From Phoronis australis (lineage: Eukaryota; Animalia; Phoronida), in contig NMRA01000152.1 in NCBI GenBank assembly GCA_002633005.1, positions 124,001-188,000 of the forward strand: a stretch of 64,000 nt of DNA, given 5' to 3'. Positions 22,872-36,200 of the stretch are shown piece by piece (within the stretch, counting starts at the first letter, position 1; each line of letters opens with the position of its first letter). Both the position numbers and the translations under genes were made by a program. The notes beneath the pieces were generated by a model that saw only the letters and a program-made list of their open reading frames with translations, did not search any database and had not been told where the DNA came from.

Positions 22872-25800
22872 ATGTTACCTAGCCTTCAGAAGTTAGTCAC
22901 AATATCGGTAGCATCCAGGCACCATCTGATGACACCACTGGTATCCCAGCACCACCTGGTGACGAGTGTGAGATTCACCTTCAGACCGTTCCTGTCTTCC
23001 GTCAGTAGGCACGTACACACAGTCTCGTCCTCAGCTACAGAGATAGCAGATGCGGCTTCGCATGTGTACGAAAGCGACTTAATTGTCAAGCAAGATGACC
23101 GGGTTGTACAGAGGTTGTTTAACGGAATTATGGATGGAAAGCGAGGCCCTCTTGCAGAAGGAATTACGTTAGTCGAGTCACTTCACCCGAAGAAGAGAGT
23201 TCAGGCACAAATTCTCCTATCCAAAGTCCTCCATGAGCTCGAAAACAAGGAAAATCACTCTGTCAGTGGAAAGCCCACTGCTTTTAGAATAGGTATTTGC
23301 TAATTAAATGCTTAATTTCTCCATGCTTTGAATTATATGCAGGCGTAGATTAACATAGTTTTGACCTGTAAACTGAGGCATACCAGCTTCATGTCATTTA
23401 CATTTCTCTCTCTCTGTTCATTCAAGTAACTGAGTTCTACACAAAAATCCAGTCAGAAAACATGCACCCAGTCACTTCACTTATAATCTTCAAGATGGCG
23501 ATGAGGTGTCACTTAAATTGGCATTAAAGCCTAATTCAATCCACTAAACAAACTTTTGATTTATGATTTAGACCACTTAGTGCTACAAAACTGGCCTTAT
23601 CATTTTTACTCAGATGGAATGTAATGCCTGTGTTTGTAAAGAACTGGCAGTTACTAGTAGTTATTCGTTGAGACCATGCTTGGTACTTAGTGACTCAATT
23701 TGTGGAGCTTGGTCTCCATCAATAATGGATAATTAAGCCCTGAAATCACTTCCAGTTTGACTAAGGGACAGCTTTAACACCAATTTCGTTACTATTTAAG
23801 TGGTCTAAATCAAAAGTTTTTGTTGAAAAACAGGTTCGTAAATTTGACATGCGTTGAATATATTTTTTTAAAACTTTTATTGTCTTGATTTTGAAAGTTA
23901 TGTTGCTGTTTGATGAAAACATTGTGTATTATTTAATAACTTTTTGATATTCCAGGACTTACTGGTCCACCTGGTGCTGGAAAATCGACATTTATTGAAG
24001 TTATGGGGAAATTTCTCACTTCCAAAGGTCACAAGGTGGCTGTTTTAGCTGTAGACCCATCTTCAACTACAACAGGAGGTCAGTATAAGGTCGTTGAACT
24101 TTGGCATTCCAACGCCTTTTGCTTTAGCTTTGGAAGCGAGGAATGAATTTCTTCTGTTGTAGCTAATGTTATTCTAATTTGATAATTAGTGTTTTGATTG
24201 TTTTTTGTCAGAAACAGGTGGCTTATCTGGCTTTCTCAAGGTAACAGTGGCAAACATATATACGCACAAAGGCATCTTTCTTGATCCAATTTGTAATTGT
24301 CGTGTGCAGGACAGTCTTGAGTTGTTGGGGGAAATGCAGTTTCTTTCATTCACAGACTTTTTGAGTCGTAAATTTTTGTGAGAACCGTTTGAATATCGCA
24401 CAGCGGCAGTTTGACATCATGATGCATTAAGTCCATACAAGAATGCTGAACACTATACACCAACTACCCTATCGCCATCTAGTGACATATTTCATCATGT
24501 CACCACTATTATACTGGAAAATGGCTATTGAACTGTGAACCTTTAGAATGACAGATGACTGTCTGATTGTAGCTTTTACCATTTGGCTGTGAGAATAGCT
24601 ACTGACTTGGTCACTGTTTATGTCTAGGATCATTGCTTGGAGACAAGACAAGAATGCCAGAGCTCTCTAGGGACGCCAACGCTTACATACGTCCGTCACC
24701 TTCAGCAGGTACTCTTGGTGGTGTCACACGCAGCACAAATGAAACCATTGTGTTATGTGAAGGAGCCGGCTATGATGTAATACTTATTGAAACTGTAGGT
24801 AAGATTAATGTCATCTTCAACAGCCTTACAAGTTTTGATATTAACATTTCTTTCGCAAAACATCCATGTTTGGTTAAACTGTCAGGCAACAGAATACAGA
24901 AAGGGTTTCAATGTCAGTGTTTTCCCGTACAGGTCATGAACAGAGTAATAAGTTGAACCCTCTTGAAAAGTTAACTCTATATTTTGTGATTATTGAGTGC
25001 AAGTTCATGCAGCTTTGGAAATTTTTGTATTCGTATCTAATGTAGTTTTGGTGTTTCGTGGTTAGAAAAATTTGTTTAAATGGAAATTTGTCTGTTGTGT
25101 TTGCCATACTCAAACCCAGCAACTTAATTTAGTGTCAAATTGATTTAAATTCATAAGACAAATTCTACTGTTTTTGGCTTTTTACTTTGATCTTAAATCC
25201 AATTACTAAGTAGAGTTTTTAAGATATTTCATTGGCTAAGTGCATGTTATGACTTTGCGATGACATCTCACATAACCTTAAAGACTTCTTTCAGATATTT
25301 GTAAGTTCAAACTAAGGTTAATAGGTTATTGCCAATAGTGCTTGTGTCAAAGGTTAAAGCTGATGATGTTTTTGTTCTGATCACGTGACACAACAAATAC
25401 ATTTTGTCTAAATGTTCTGAGGGCTGTTCCAGTAAAATCTGTATGGGAGGGGGGGAAGGCACCTTTTTTTCGCACCCACCACCCATATTTTTCATTTATT
25501 TCTTCAGCCTACCACCCGTAATTTTTTTATAAGTTTGAATTGCAACCATCCGCAATTTTTTTTTGTTGTGGTTGACTGCACAGGCGCTTGAGTTTATCTG
25601 TTCCTCCATCACCACTAACGTCATTCATTACTAAGAAAACATATGTTTCTTATGTATGGTTATTAGCCATCGAGAAATTCGAGCACTTGTGGTTAACTGG
25701 TGTTATGGGCATGCCGATGAGGAGATTGGAGGGAGTGAAAATGTCGGAGCTTTTTGCAAGTTGCATTTTTGTTTCAGTTTTTGATTCTGTGCGGATTGTT

Positions 25801-28415
25801 TATAAAATTTACTAAAATTACCCACCATCAAACATTTATGGCCCAATGAAACAACAACGACCTGTAAATTTTTATTTTTTTGAAATACGACCACCAGCCA
25901 TTTTGAATGTAAATCAAACGCAACCACCCATAAATTTTTATTTCAGTTGCCTTCCCCCCTCCCACACAGATTTTGCTGGAACAGCCCTGAAGTCTTATTG
26001 CCCTGTTGCAAGTTTTGGTCAGTCTGAGACTGCTGTACATGCCAGTGACAATCAAGGCTTGGAATTTTCCACGGAAACGCAGATTTCCACTTTTTTCAAA
26101 TGTTCTGTCCGCGCATTTTATTATATTTCTGCGTAAAAAAATCGGATTTGATATAAAATTTCCGCGGCAAATTCCTTTCTTACCGCGGCGTTGCCGAAGA
26201 CGTTCACCTCGAAAAGCGGAAGTTGCTCTTTATATTTCGGAGGAACATAAATTGTCAACATTGCTGGACATGTGGGATAGCATGGTGGGATTTTCAATGG
26301 CGTCTCGTGTGATTGTAAACCGCGGTGACAAATACTACGGCTCTGCAGCGAAAATGTGTGGGGGTGGGAGTGGACGGACGAGCTAAAAAGACGCAGACGC
26401 ATGCTACTGATGGTGGTAACGTTTTTTTTTTTTTAGTCCCGATTTTTGTCGGCGAAATGTTCATATCAACTATTTCAAGGCTAGGTAGCGCGCGTGTTTT
26501 GGGCCGTAAACGTTTCCGCATTTTTTGTCATTGGTCATTCCAAGCCCTGGACAATAGCCACGTTGTGTCTAAGTTAATGCTTTTAAATTACCTGATGACA
26601 GTCTAGTTATCTCGTTGCAGGTGTCGGTCAGTCAGAGACTGCTGTCCATGACATGGTGGACATGTTCTGTTTGATTATCCCTCCTGCTGCCGGGGATGAG
26701 CTGCAAGGTAAGTGGTGCCCCCTTTTGGGAGACAATGGTCTACTGTAGGGATCCCACTCAAAGATGATATGTAGGGACATGACGTGCATTAGAATGACAA
26801 GTTTTGATCTGTTTTTGTTTGGCGTTAGTCAACTAAAGAAGTATTAAATTTTGAAATAAGATGAGTTAGCACTCCTAGTTTGCCACAATTACACTAAGTC
26901 TGTTATTTAACTTACTACTTGGTTGAACTCATTTCTGTTGCATATCATACGTTCATGTATCTGAAGTTTATACACGGGCTTCACATAGTAGAACATGGAT
27001 TGGGTCTTTCTATTGTGTGAATGACACGGTAGGGTGACCACTTGTTTCAGGCATGAAGAAGGGGGTGGTGGAACTAGCTGATCTGGTTATTGTGAACAAG
27101 TCAGACGGAGATCTTATCCCGGCTGCCAGGAGAATACAAACTGAATACACAAGTGCTTTGAAGCTGATCAGGAAAAGATCCAAAGTGTGGACTCCAATGG
27201 TAGGTTAATGGGAGGCTTCAAATTCACCAGGCAGCGCTTGTGTGACAGCGGTCCTACCGGTTTTAATACAGCATACATTCAGGTAGTAACGCGAGACTTT
27301 GAAGAACTGCTTTCTGCTCGCAATTTATGAAGGCGCAAAAGTAGTTTCACCGACACACTGTGATTGCTTAACATGGGTCAAGGGACTCATTAAAGTTTGA
27401 AGCGAAAAAGGATAAAAGTGACATGACCCATAGGCACTCCAAATTGGCCCATAGACTTGAGGCCATGTGGGTGAATTCACCTGTACCCACGGTTTTCTAA
27501 AATGACACCTGATGCTCCACACTACTCTTTCAGAAAAATAGTCAAATCTCACTTGTCAGCAAAAGTGCATAATCTCCGAGAATATACAGATGACTGCTAG
27601 TTGCTGGTATGATTCATGTTCATTATTTCTAGAGTGTAATGCGCTACTTGGCTCAACCTATTTTCAGAAATTTTATTGTGAAGTAGGAGCGCAAGACCAA
27701 TTTTCTGTCTCGAGTCACTTTCATGAAACAGACCCTGGTGGTTATAAGCAGCTTTGGATTTATCTATTCCTTACATATAGTTTGTGTTTATTTTTGATGT
27801 GCGCATTTTGTAGTACTTGAATGCCCTGAATAAGACCCTGTGCAAGTTTTTTTTCTTCTTAAATGTACCCTTTTTCATTCTAGATTTATCAGGATTTGTA
27901 AGTTGTGTAAGAAAAATTGGCATTCAGTCAAACTGTGTTACAAGCCTAGCAAGACTGACTCAAACTTCCGTTGTAACCGAGGTCTACAGTACAGTTGGCT
28001 TGGGAGTTATGGAATGGACGGATATCAGTGAATCTATGTGGGTTGGAATGCAGGTTGACGGTTCTGCAGGTTGTCATACACCCTCATAAATCATTCACTT
28101 GTTCTTGATTTATAGGTCCAACGGATCTCGTGTAAATCGAAGGATGGTATTCCTCAGCTATGGGATAGAATGTTGGATTATGAAGTAAAAACTGCTCAAG
28201 CAGGTGAACTTGCCGAGAAACGCGAGAGACAGCGTCTCGTTTGGATGTGGAGTAATATCAGAGACAATATCATGAGGCTATTCAGAAATCACCCCACTGT
28301 TAAACACCGTATACCTGTGGTGGAGGGAAGAGTTCGTAAGGGTGTTGTCACACCTGGCTTTGCCTCTGATTACTTGTTAAAAGAGTTCTCTAAGAGAAGA
28401 ATGAAGGCTTTGTAA
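22872..28415 (+). CDS. MMAA: Methylmalonic aciduria type A protein (MeaB/ArgK-family GTPase, mitochondrial), 6 coding exons
   Basis: Exons 22872-23292, 23956-24078, 24628-24798, 26621-26707, 27051-27199, 28116-28415, all GT-AG and phase-consistent. Motifs: [84 protein letters not shown]. Basic, hydroxylated N-terminus fits a mitochondrial presequence. Confidence 0.96.
23550..23820. mobile_element. Foldback MITE-like element in MMAA intron
   Basis: aacttttgat(ttatgat)ttagaccactta ... taagtggtctaaatcaaaagtt inverted arms, plus inner gagacca/tggtctc arms. Confidence 0.55.
25421..25987. mobile_element. PIF/Harbinger-like MITE
   Basis: About 41-bp TIRs GGGCTGTTCCAG(T/C)AAAATCTGT(A/G)TGGGAGGGGGGAAGGCA; 3-bp TSD TGA at 25418-25420 and 25988-25990. 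Confidence 0.88.
25992..26052 (+). pseudogene. Decayed partial duplicate of MMAA coding exon 4 and its acceptor
   Basis: gttgcaagttttggtcagtctgagactgctgtacatg versus the real gttgcaggtgtcggtcagtcagagactgctgtccatg (26614-26650). Acceptor AG changed to AA; peptide GQSETAVH retained. Confidence 0.8.
26053..26549 (-). mobile_element. MITE family A, long form
   Basis: CAAGGCTTGGAAT...ATTCCAAGCCCTG; TSD GACAAT. Confidence 0.92.
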
Positions 28416-28490
28416 TGAAGTGAGTGCAGAAATCAATTGCCAGCTAAAATTGTGATTAACAAATGGATTCTCTTCTGTTGATCAATGTAC

Positions 28491-28496
28491 AATAAA
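28491..28496 (+). terminator. Candidate MMAA polyadenylation signal
   Basis: AATAAA 75 nt after the stop codon, followed by GT/T-rich sequence. Confidence 0.5.
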
Positions 28497-29484
28497 TGGT
28501 GTTGTTTTTAAATTATTTGCCTCAATGTTTCGTTTTACAAAAAGAGAATATAACTAATACAACCCTTAATCATTTAGTGCCTCCAGCAATTATGTTAGTA
28601 ACTACTGACTTCTTCAAATTACACAATCTTCCAATATTAATGGATTTTTATGATTATTTTGGTTATAATAGACTTCTTAAAGTTATAAGCTTTGGACAGA
28701 GCTATAAAACAGCAGAATCTGTTTTTGTGATTTTATTGGAAATTACGTATTCCGGACATTGGCTTACAGTTGAGGCCACTGACATAAGTTATTGGCAATT
28801 GCCACAATGGCCTTTAGCTCTATTTGTAAAGCATTTGACTGTGGGTTGATCTCAAATACACAACATTGTTGCTGATAATGTCACTTAAATGCAAAGAATG
28901 GTCAAGACATGACCTCAAACTCAGATTAAATATACATATGAGAAATGCTGAAGTTATATTTCAACCAGCAGCTAAGCATTTAATGAGGAGGGATACATCG
29001 TTTTAGAAATTCGAACCACCCCTTGTATAGTCCTGGCTAAGGGCCTGTATTGAGTGTTACATTCGCAAGTGAAAAAATGTCCAACTTCAGTGAGATAAAA
29101 GTTTACAAAAATTAGCAGTAGCATGGAATCAAACCCTCTAACTCAACTACACCTACTTGGTTTCAGTGAATGTCTGACTCACGATGGCGAAAATGTGCAA
29201 TATATGCTTCAAAAGAGATTTTTGCTAATGACTAATAATATGTGATGATGGCTCTACTCCACTCAAAATGAACTTTGACATGCTTCTATGTTCCACTGTG
29301 ACTATTGTACTTCTAGTTATCCATTACTATCGTTATCATTATTACGATAATTATTGTTGTTGTTACAATGATCCATATTTGTTATTCACTTCTTATGACA
29401 TTTTAGTTTCCCATAAATGTGTGGCCCTTTGAAAATAATTGCAAAAGGAAGACTTGCATGACACGGTATCGAGTCATTGTATGA

Positions 29485-29490
29485 TTTATT
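29485..29490 (-). terminator. Candidate PAN3 polyadenylation signal
   Basis: tttatt on the plus strand (AATAAA on minus), about 770 nt beyond the PAN3 stop codon. Confidence 0.45.
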
Positions 29491-30260
29491 ATAAATCTAA
29501 ATTCAACAGTTGAAATTCTGGTGTCGGCTGTTCTGTACACATGGATACGATATCAGATAAAACAAGCTCGCGCAAGATGAAAGATCACGTGATCTAATCA
29601 AGGGAGCACAAGACACAACACGGAGGCTCCACCAATCACCACAGAAGTGTTCTGATTACTGCAATGTTCTAAAGTTCTTACAGTTTCGACAGACATTTGC
29701 AATTCGGTTGTGCCGAGGTCTTACAATAATAGCAAAATTACTAGACATATTTTTGCCAAGACGTAGTATATGTCATAATCACTGTGAACAACTAACCTTG
29801 GACCCATCTTAACAACGTTTAAGGGGTTCTAGTGTTCAGTCAACCTGGTCAAATCGGCAGGTGAGGCCTGTCCACATAAAATTAAAATAAACACCAGTTT
29901 TATCAACAACCTCCCCCCTCCCCGCATACGCAAAGGTTCTATATTATCCTAATTACAACAGATGGGCTTGTATAAATTTACATTTTGATTCTTCAACTTT
30001 GACTGTAGTAACACAGGACAGGAAAGCCCAGCTTGCTGCCAATACTTGCACTCAATTTCTTTATCCATGATTGACCAGTATGCAGATCAACTGTTCAAAC
30101 TCATGATTGAAATGAACACCATCTGGTGGCTGATACTGTCGAGTGACATTCAATTAGTCCATTGTCTCCCCTGCTGACAGCAAATACTATAGACCTACAG
30201 CCATTATGAAACGGAGTCACTGTCCCTGCATCACAGTCCCCACACTGAATATGTGTGCTG

Positions 30261-33200
30261 CTATGTAAGTCCACTGTCTTGGCTCTTGTGTACAACTTCA
30301 GTAAATGCTGACAGTAAGCAGCGCTTGAGTTCGCTGTAAGTGACCACTATGACACTCTGTTCGTCGCGGGACATGAGGCAAACTTTCTCCGGAGTACCAG
30401 CGTCCAACTAAAATCACAAACATCGAATGTGAGATGTGCAAACACCATAGAACAGTGCTAGTCCTGGTGTGGTTCAAACCATAATACCTAATCAGATTTG
30501 GAACTGAGATAATAGACCAGACGTTTGTGTCAACACTCTCAGGTGGCCGAGCTACTCCACCCTGCTATACATATATGGCAAAACGGCTGAGCAGAAATGA
30601 ACAAAACAAAACAAATGCCTCATGACGCAAAATTTTACATGCAAAATTTTACATAAGGTTCTAAAAAGCCATAAATACGAATCGAGAAAATGACACGTGG
30701 TTCCTCCACACAAGAAAAGATAAGGTACATCCAGTATCACTCTGTAAGACAACTAAATGTTGACACCGAGCAAACTTTCGCAATCCTCAAATTCTGACAG
30801 TGCAGAATTTCGAAACACAAGCCAATGTAATTTTTCAGTGTTCGTTCAAATGAAGTTCTTGAAAAACCTCCATATACAAGACTATTTTGCATTGAAGTCA
30901 CTTTTCAAGACTACTGACATATCAAACATATTCTCCATAACTAAATTCTATTAATATTAACTATACACAATGCACAGTTGACAAGTAAAACTCACCTTAT
31001 TAAGGCTCTGTATAATGTGCGCCATGTCAATCCAGGGGTTGCCTGTGTCGTCCACTTGATGGAACAGATAATCTCGGTACAACTTCAGCATATAACGGTC
31101 ACCCGTTTCTGACCACGATGGGTCCATGTTAAACCTTCAACACAGAATAATGCACTTGAGCTACTTAGTATGGCATAATGCCATTAACACTAAAACACTT
31201 GAAAATTTGGTAGCATTTTGCTGGCAGTTATTCATTGTTTCAAAAAAAAATTGTGAAATACACACAAAAATCTTCTTTTCCTGAATCAATCCCTTTTGTT
31301 GAATGCTATTACATGTCACATACATAGTAGAGACATACATGTCTTAAGGAGCTTTAGTAAAAGTGGGCCACAAAAGAAATACTTCTATTTCAGTCTACCT
31401 GGGGTAAACTTTCACTGACTTAGGACACAATATGGAGGACAACTATCTTATTTCACCTCTTGTTAATAAAAGAAAAGAAGTCACCACACCAATGCTTTAC
31501 CACTGTCAAAATCTGTTCTATAGGCAACATCAGGCATTATCTTGAATAAATCTTGAACTGGCATGTAAGTACAGATCGCTAACATTTTCAAGTCTGGATG
31601 CCAGAAGGTCCCGGTTCCAGTCCTAGTCCGGCAGAAATCTTTTCAGACTTCAGGGCTTGGAATTTTCCGCGGAAACGCGGATTTCCGCTTTTTTCAAATG
31701 TGCTTTCTGCTTTTTTAATAATATTTCCGCGTAAAAAAAATCGGATTTGATATAAAAAATCCGCGGCAAATTCCTTTCTTACCGCGGCGTTGCAGACGAC
31801 GTTCACCTCGAGAAGCGGAAGTTGCTCTTTATGTTTCGGAGGAACGTAAATTGTCAACATTGCCGGGGCATCTGGGACAGCGTGGTGGGATTTTCAATGG
31901 CGTCTCGTGTTATTGTTAAGCGCGGCGACAAATACTACCGCTCTGCAGCCAAAAATGTGTGGGTTGGGAGTAGACGGGTGAGCTAAAAGGACGCAGATGC
32001 ATGCTACTGATGGAGGTAACGTTTTTTTTTTTTTTAGTCCTCCCGATTTTTGTCGGGGTAAGGTTCACATTGACCATTTCAAGGCTGGTTATCTGGCATG
32101 ATTTGGGCCGTAAAAGTTTCAAAGTTTCCGCGTTTTTTTGTCATTGGTCATTCCAAGCCCTGAGACTTATGTTCATCAGGTCACATGATGTGGCCAACAA
32201 ATGGCGTGCAGACCAGCCTTGTTAGCGATTATTTTGAATAGTTGCGTGCATTTACAATGTCAGAAGCTCTCGAAAACGAAAAATGGAAATTTTACCAGTC
32301 ACCTGCTTTAGTGAACGAAGTGAACTGCCGCTACTAACTATAGTCAACTTACTCTGGCCTGTCATTAATTACTCCCAGTTTAGCCATGAGTCGAAACAAG
32401 CGCCCAGCCTCGACTTCTTTAGACAGCTCGTTCTCCAACACATCGTTGCGTAACTGTGCAGCATCCAGCTGTGTGTAGAACCTGGCACCAATCATCGGCA
32501 TGATGTCGTTGACGCTGCGCATGCGATTCTGATTGGTCAGAAGATATCTACAAGACGTGGAAGCTATTAGAGTTGAGGTGAAACCCACTAAGGATGCAAT
32601 AAAAAGTGGACGAATCAAATTTGACAGACATACATCATTGATCATAAGTAACAATTTTGCAATTGCGATATCGACAAATGAATTACAAGCCCAGGCACAA
32701 CTCAAAGCCTTCACGGAGGCAATTCATCTTCAGTGGATCCAGCAGGTGCCGCTATTGAGTAGTGACGTTTTTCAAATACGTAATATCGCAGATCTCGTGT
32801 GTTGAAAACGCAAAGAGTTGGTGGTCCACATACTGTAACCTATTAATACACAAAATTAGTGAAACATTAATGGCCAAACCACAGATGAGCACATTTCCAA
32901 GAAACACGTACAAAATAAGGTTCTTCAAGTCCGCTGAGTAATTCCTAGCCACAAGGTCCATGGATGTCTGAATGTGCTCCCTCTGTATGCCAATGACAGA
33001 GTTACAGGCAAGAGCTAGTACCACCTTACCAAGAGACACCAGATCTTCTTGCTGTAACAGTAAACGTCAACATGTAGTGACCACAATAGGAAGGACCATC
33101 ATTAACGTGAAATAACCTTAAGGCTAAGGAAAGCACACTTGGTTCTGATCTGTTTATTTTGAAAATGGAATCGGTGTTGTGGTATTTATTTTAATTGCTC

Positions 33201-36200
33201 ATTTTTTGAAAAAAGGAAATCCACACGAGACGAGCAAAAATGACGCAGGACTTGTTTTCTTACTCTTTTTTTCCAATAAATTAGTTTAATTGCAGAAACA
33301 GAAATTAACAATGGAATACAGTGGAAAAGAAAAAGAACAGAAACACATTCAATCTCGCAACCACACATTCCAGCTCTGCTTGAATTTATACGGAACATTT
33401 TTTACTCATCGCTTGGCAATCATGGTGTTCCAGACCTTGCTTGGGTGCCTTTGTGCAGCTTTTCAAAAAACAAAACACCAGACATTGGCTGAAGATGATG
33501 CGGTGAGAGAAAGCCTCAAAATGAGTCGGGTAGAAACCAGAACCAACTACGCATTCTTTTGGCATAACATTCAGCTGTACGGCGTTCAAAAGATCCCTAC
33601 CTTAGGTAGTGTATTTAACTAGCGAGGGAAACTCAACAGAGCTGAGAACCATCAGGGCCCTTAGCACATTCATGCTGCACTCCCTCCTTTTCATACTACA
33701 GTTAAGACCCAAGTACAGGGAGGCTGAAGACAACAAGTGCAATGTTCAAGGTCTGCGAGTGAAGATAAGAATTCAAACTCGTGCCTGCGCAATACTGTCC
33801 TATTATTCTCTAGCATATCAGTAAGAAATTCTACCCTATTGCTTTAACATGGGCATCATTTACTCTTCAAGGCAATGTAATCAACTCAAGAATAACAACT
33901 TGTTTCAGAAAATTGGAGAACTTACAACAAACCGACAAACCTGATAGTGTGGCATAAGAGACAGAGGATTAGCCTGGTTGGCATCAAAGCTCAACACATC
34001 AAATATGCCAACGCAGTTGAGTCGTAACCTGATGAAGAAAATAAAAACATGTACTATATGTCTCGATCAAATCACAAAAACATGTAGAAGCACTAGAATA
34101 TAAATTAAGACTGAAATTTAATGGAGACAATTTACAAGAAGCTGTCCAAACCTTGTAGAAATCACACTTTCATCTAAAAAGAAATCATAAGCATTTTCTG
34201 TTTTAATTTCTGTTCATTTTCAACAAGACGACAGCATATTAACGACTGGTAAACATTTCAACATAAGAGACAACAGGGAACACAGTTTTACGTAAACTGA
34301 TATCCTATAAACACTTTGAATTCAGTCAACTACAAATTAACTAAAAATTTGTCTGCACAGCTCAATCCCACAAAAGACATTTTCATACATATCAACGTCC
34401 AATCCACACCATGAATTATCAGACTACTTCAGACAAGTAAAAGGTTATTCAAAGTACAAGTGACTCGTACACACCTCGTCTTGTCGGACACGAGTACTTT
34501 TGTTGGGTCCATAACACGACAAGCGAGACCACTAGCGTGAATCGTGCGCAGCGCAGAACTCAACTGGACTATATAGGACCATATGAGACTCTCTGGCAGG
34601 AGACCTGCATTCTGACGTGGGCCATTGGTGCCTAAAGTGAGAGACAGCGAACGTCAACACAATAGTACAAACGCAATGGGACTGAGAAGTTGAGGAACAC
34701 TCATTGTGCAGAAACCAAATGAATTTTAAAATTGATAAAACTACACATAACTTTGTAACTAGTTACATACAGCTTCAATAGTTTAAATTCAGAACACTAG
34801 ATTGTGCTAACGAGGCAAGAGATCTCTCTCTCTTTACCAGCTGAATGAAGTACAGAACAGAAACTTGTCTTCACATATGCGTGGGAGCCAGATTTCTTCC
34901 ATATACACACATCCTGCTAAGCGAGTCTCTTGTTTCACAAATGCCACCTAGTGAACAAGGAAAAAAGACTGCCTGGTTACATAAAAGTTTTCTCACATAC
35001 AACTGGGCAAGAGGCTCTTGAAGGTAAATGCTGACCAATAATAGCTTTATGTTCTGACACGGTTGACATTGCTATACCTTTGCCTGCACTGAACGGTCTC
35101 GCACCACCATCAAGGTTATAGGGACTTGAATATCCACTGTGAGTGACTGGATTGCTGAAGTGTGTTGCCATCAGGGTCTCAGCTTGAGTATGATAGTCAT
35201 ACACAAACACCATAGCTAGAAAACAAACCAAACCAATGTTCACTGAACACACATTTAGTGCTCACTGATCTGCTGAACAATGACACCTGAATGACAAGAA
35301 CGGCTAAATTCTATTTCAGAATTGAAAAGACATTAATCAAACAAGACAATATTTTTATTACATTTGGACTCTCAATTGGAAATTTTGATTTTCAAGATAC
35401 ATAAATCTCAGATGGGAACGCCACGGAACCTCTCAACAGACACCATATGCTCTTAGCAATGATTTACCTTGCTTGGACAGTGATTCCAAATACTTTCAGC
35501 ACAAGGTGTACAGGGGAACAAATATTGTTACACACATCTCAGGCCCGGGGTCTAATCTTTGTACTTGAATTGCAAGACACGCTTCAAGTAAAATTTGTAC
35601 TCGAATCATGTGGCGCGATTGGTTAATTTCAAGTCTGAGCAGAATCTGAGTTTAGTGATGAAACCCTCGGGTCAGGTCTGACTTAACTACTCACACTGAA
35701 CACTGTTCAGACATGCTATGAAGTGATTTATGTGAATGCCAACTCCTGAGAAATGGTTGGAGATCTCAGTTTAGCTACCAATGTTGTAAGAGATACATAC
35801 AAAGACCTTGGGGCCCTGGTATAACATTGATTGGTGGGGTGTTTACTTACAATGATCACCAAAGGCTTTAGTAGTGAACACTTCCCTCAGCGTGACAATG
35901 TTGGAGTGATCTATCTTCTTCCACAGATCTATGACTCCCATACATTTGGAGCTGGTTACTCGAAAACCTAAAACAATGAAATATCATTACCATGTTCATA
36001 CCCGGGCAATTTTATACAATCTAGAGACTAGTCGTACAGAATGAAAAAAATGGGAAGGAACACACATCAGTGGTGGATTTGAGGGGGGGGGCATGGGGCC
36101 ATTCCATTTAGGAGTTCGGGGTGCGAATGTCCGACGGGCAAAATTCTGGCTAATAGTCTGCCATGGCCCTCCCCTAACTCAAAATCCTGGATCCACCAGT

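Noticed and set aside
28496-28849. 117-aa ORF after the MMAA stop
   Set aside because: AT-rich 3'UTR/intergenic composition, begins at the poly(A) signal, and shows no homology cues.
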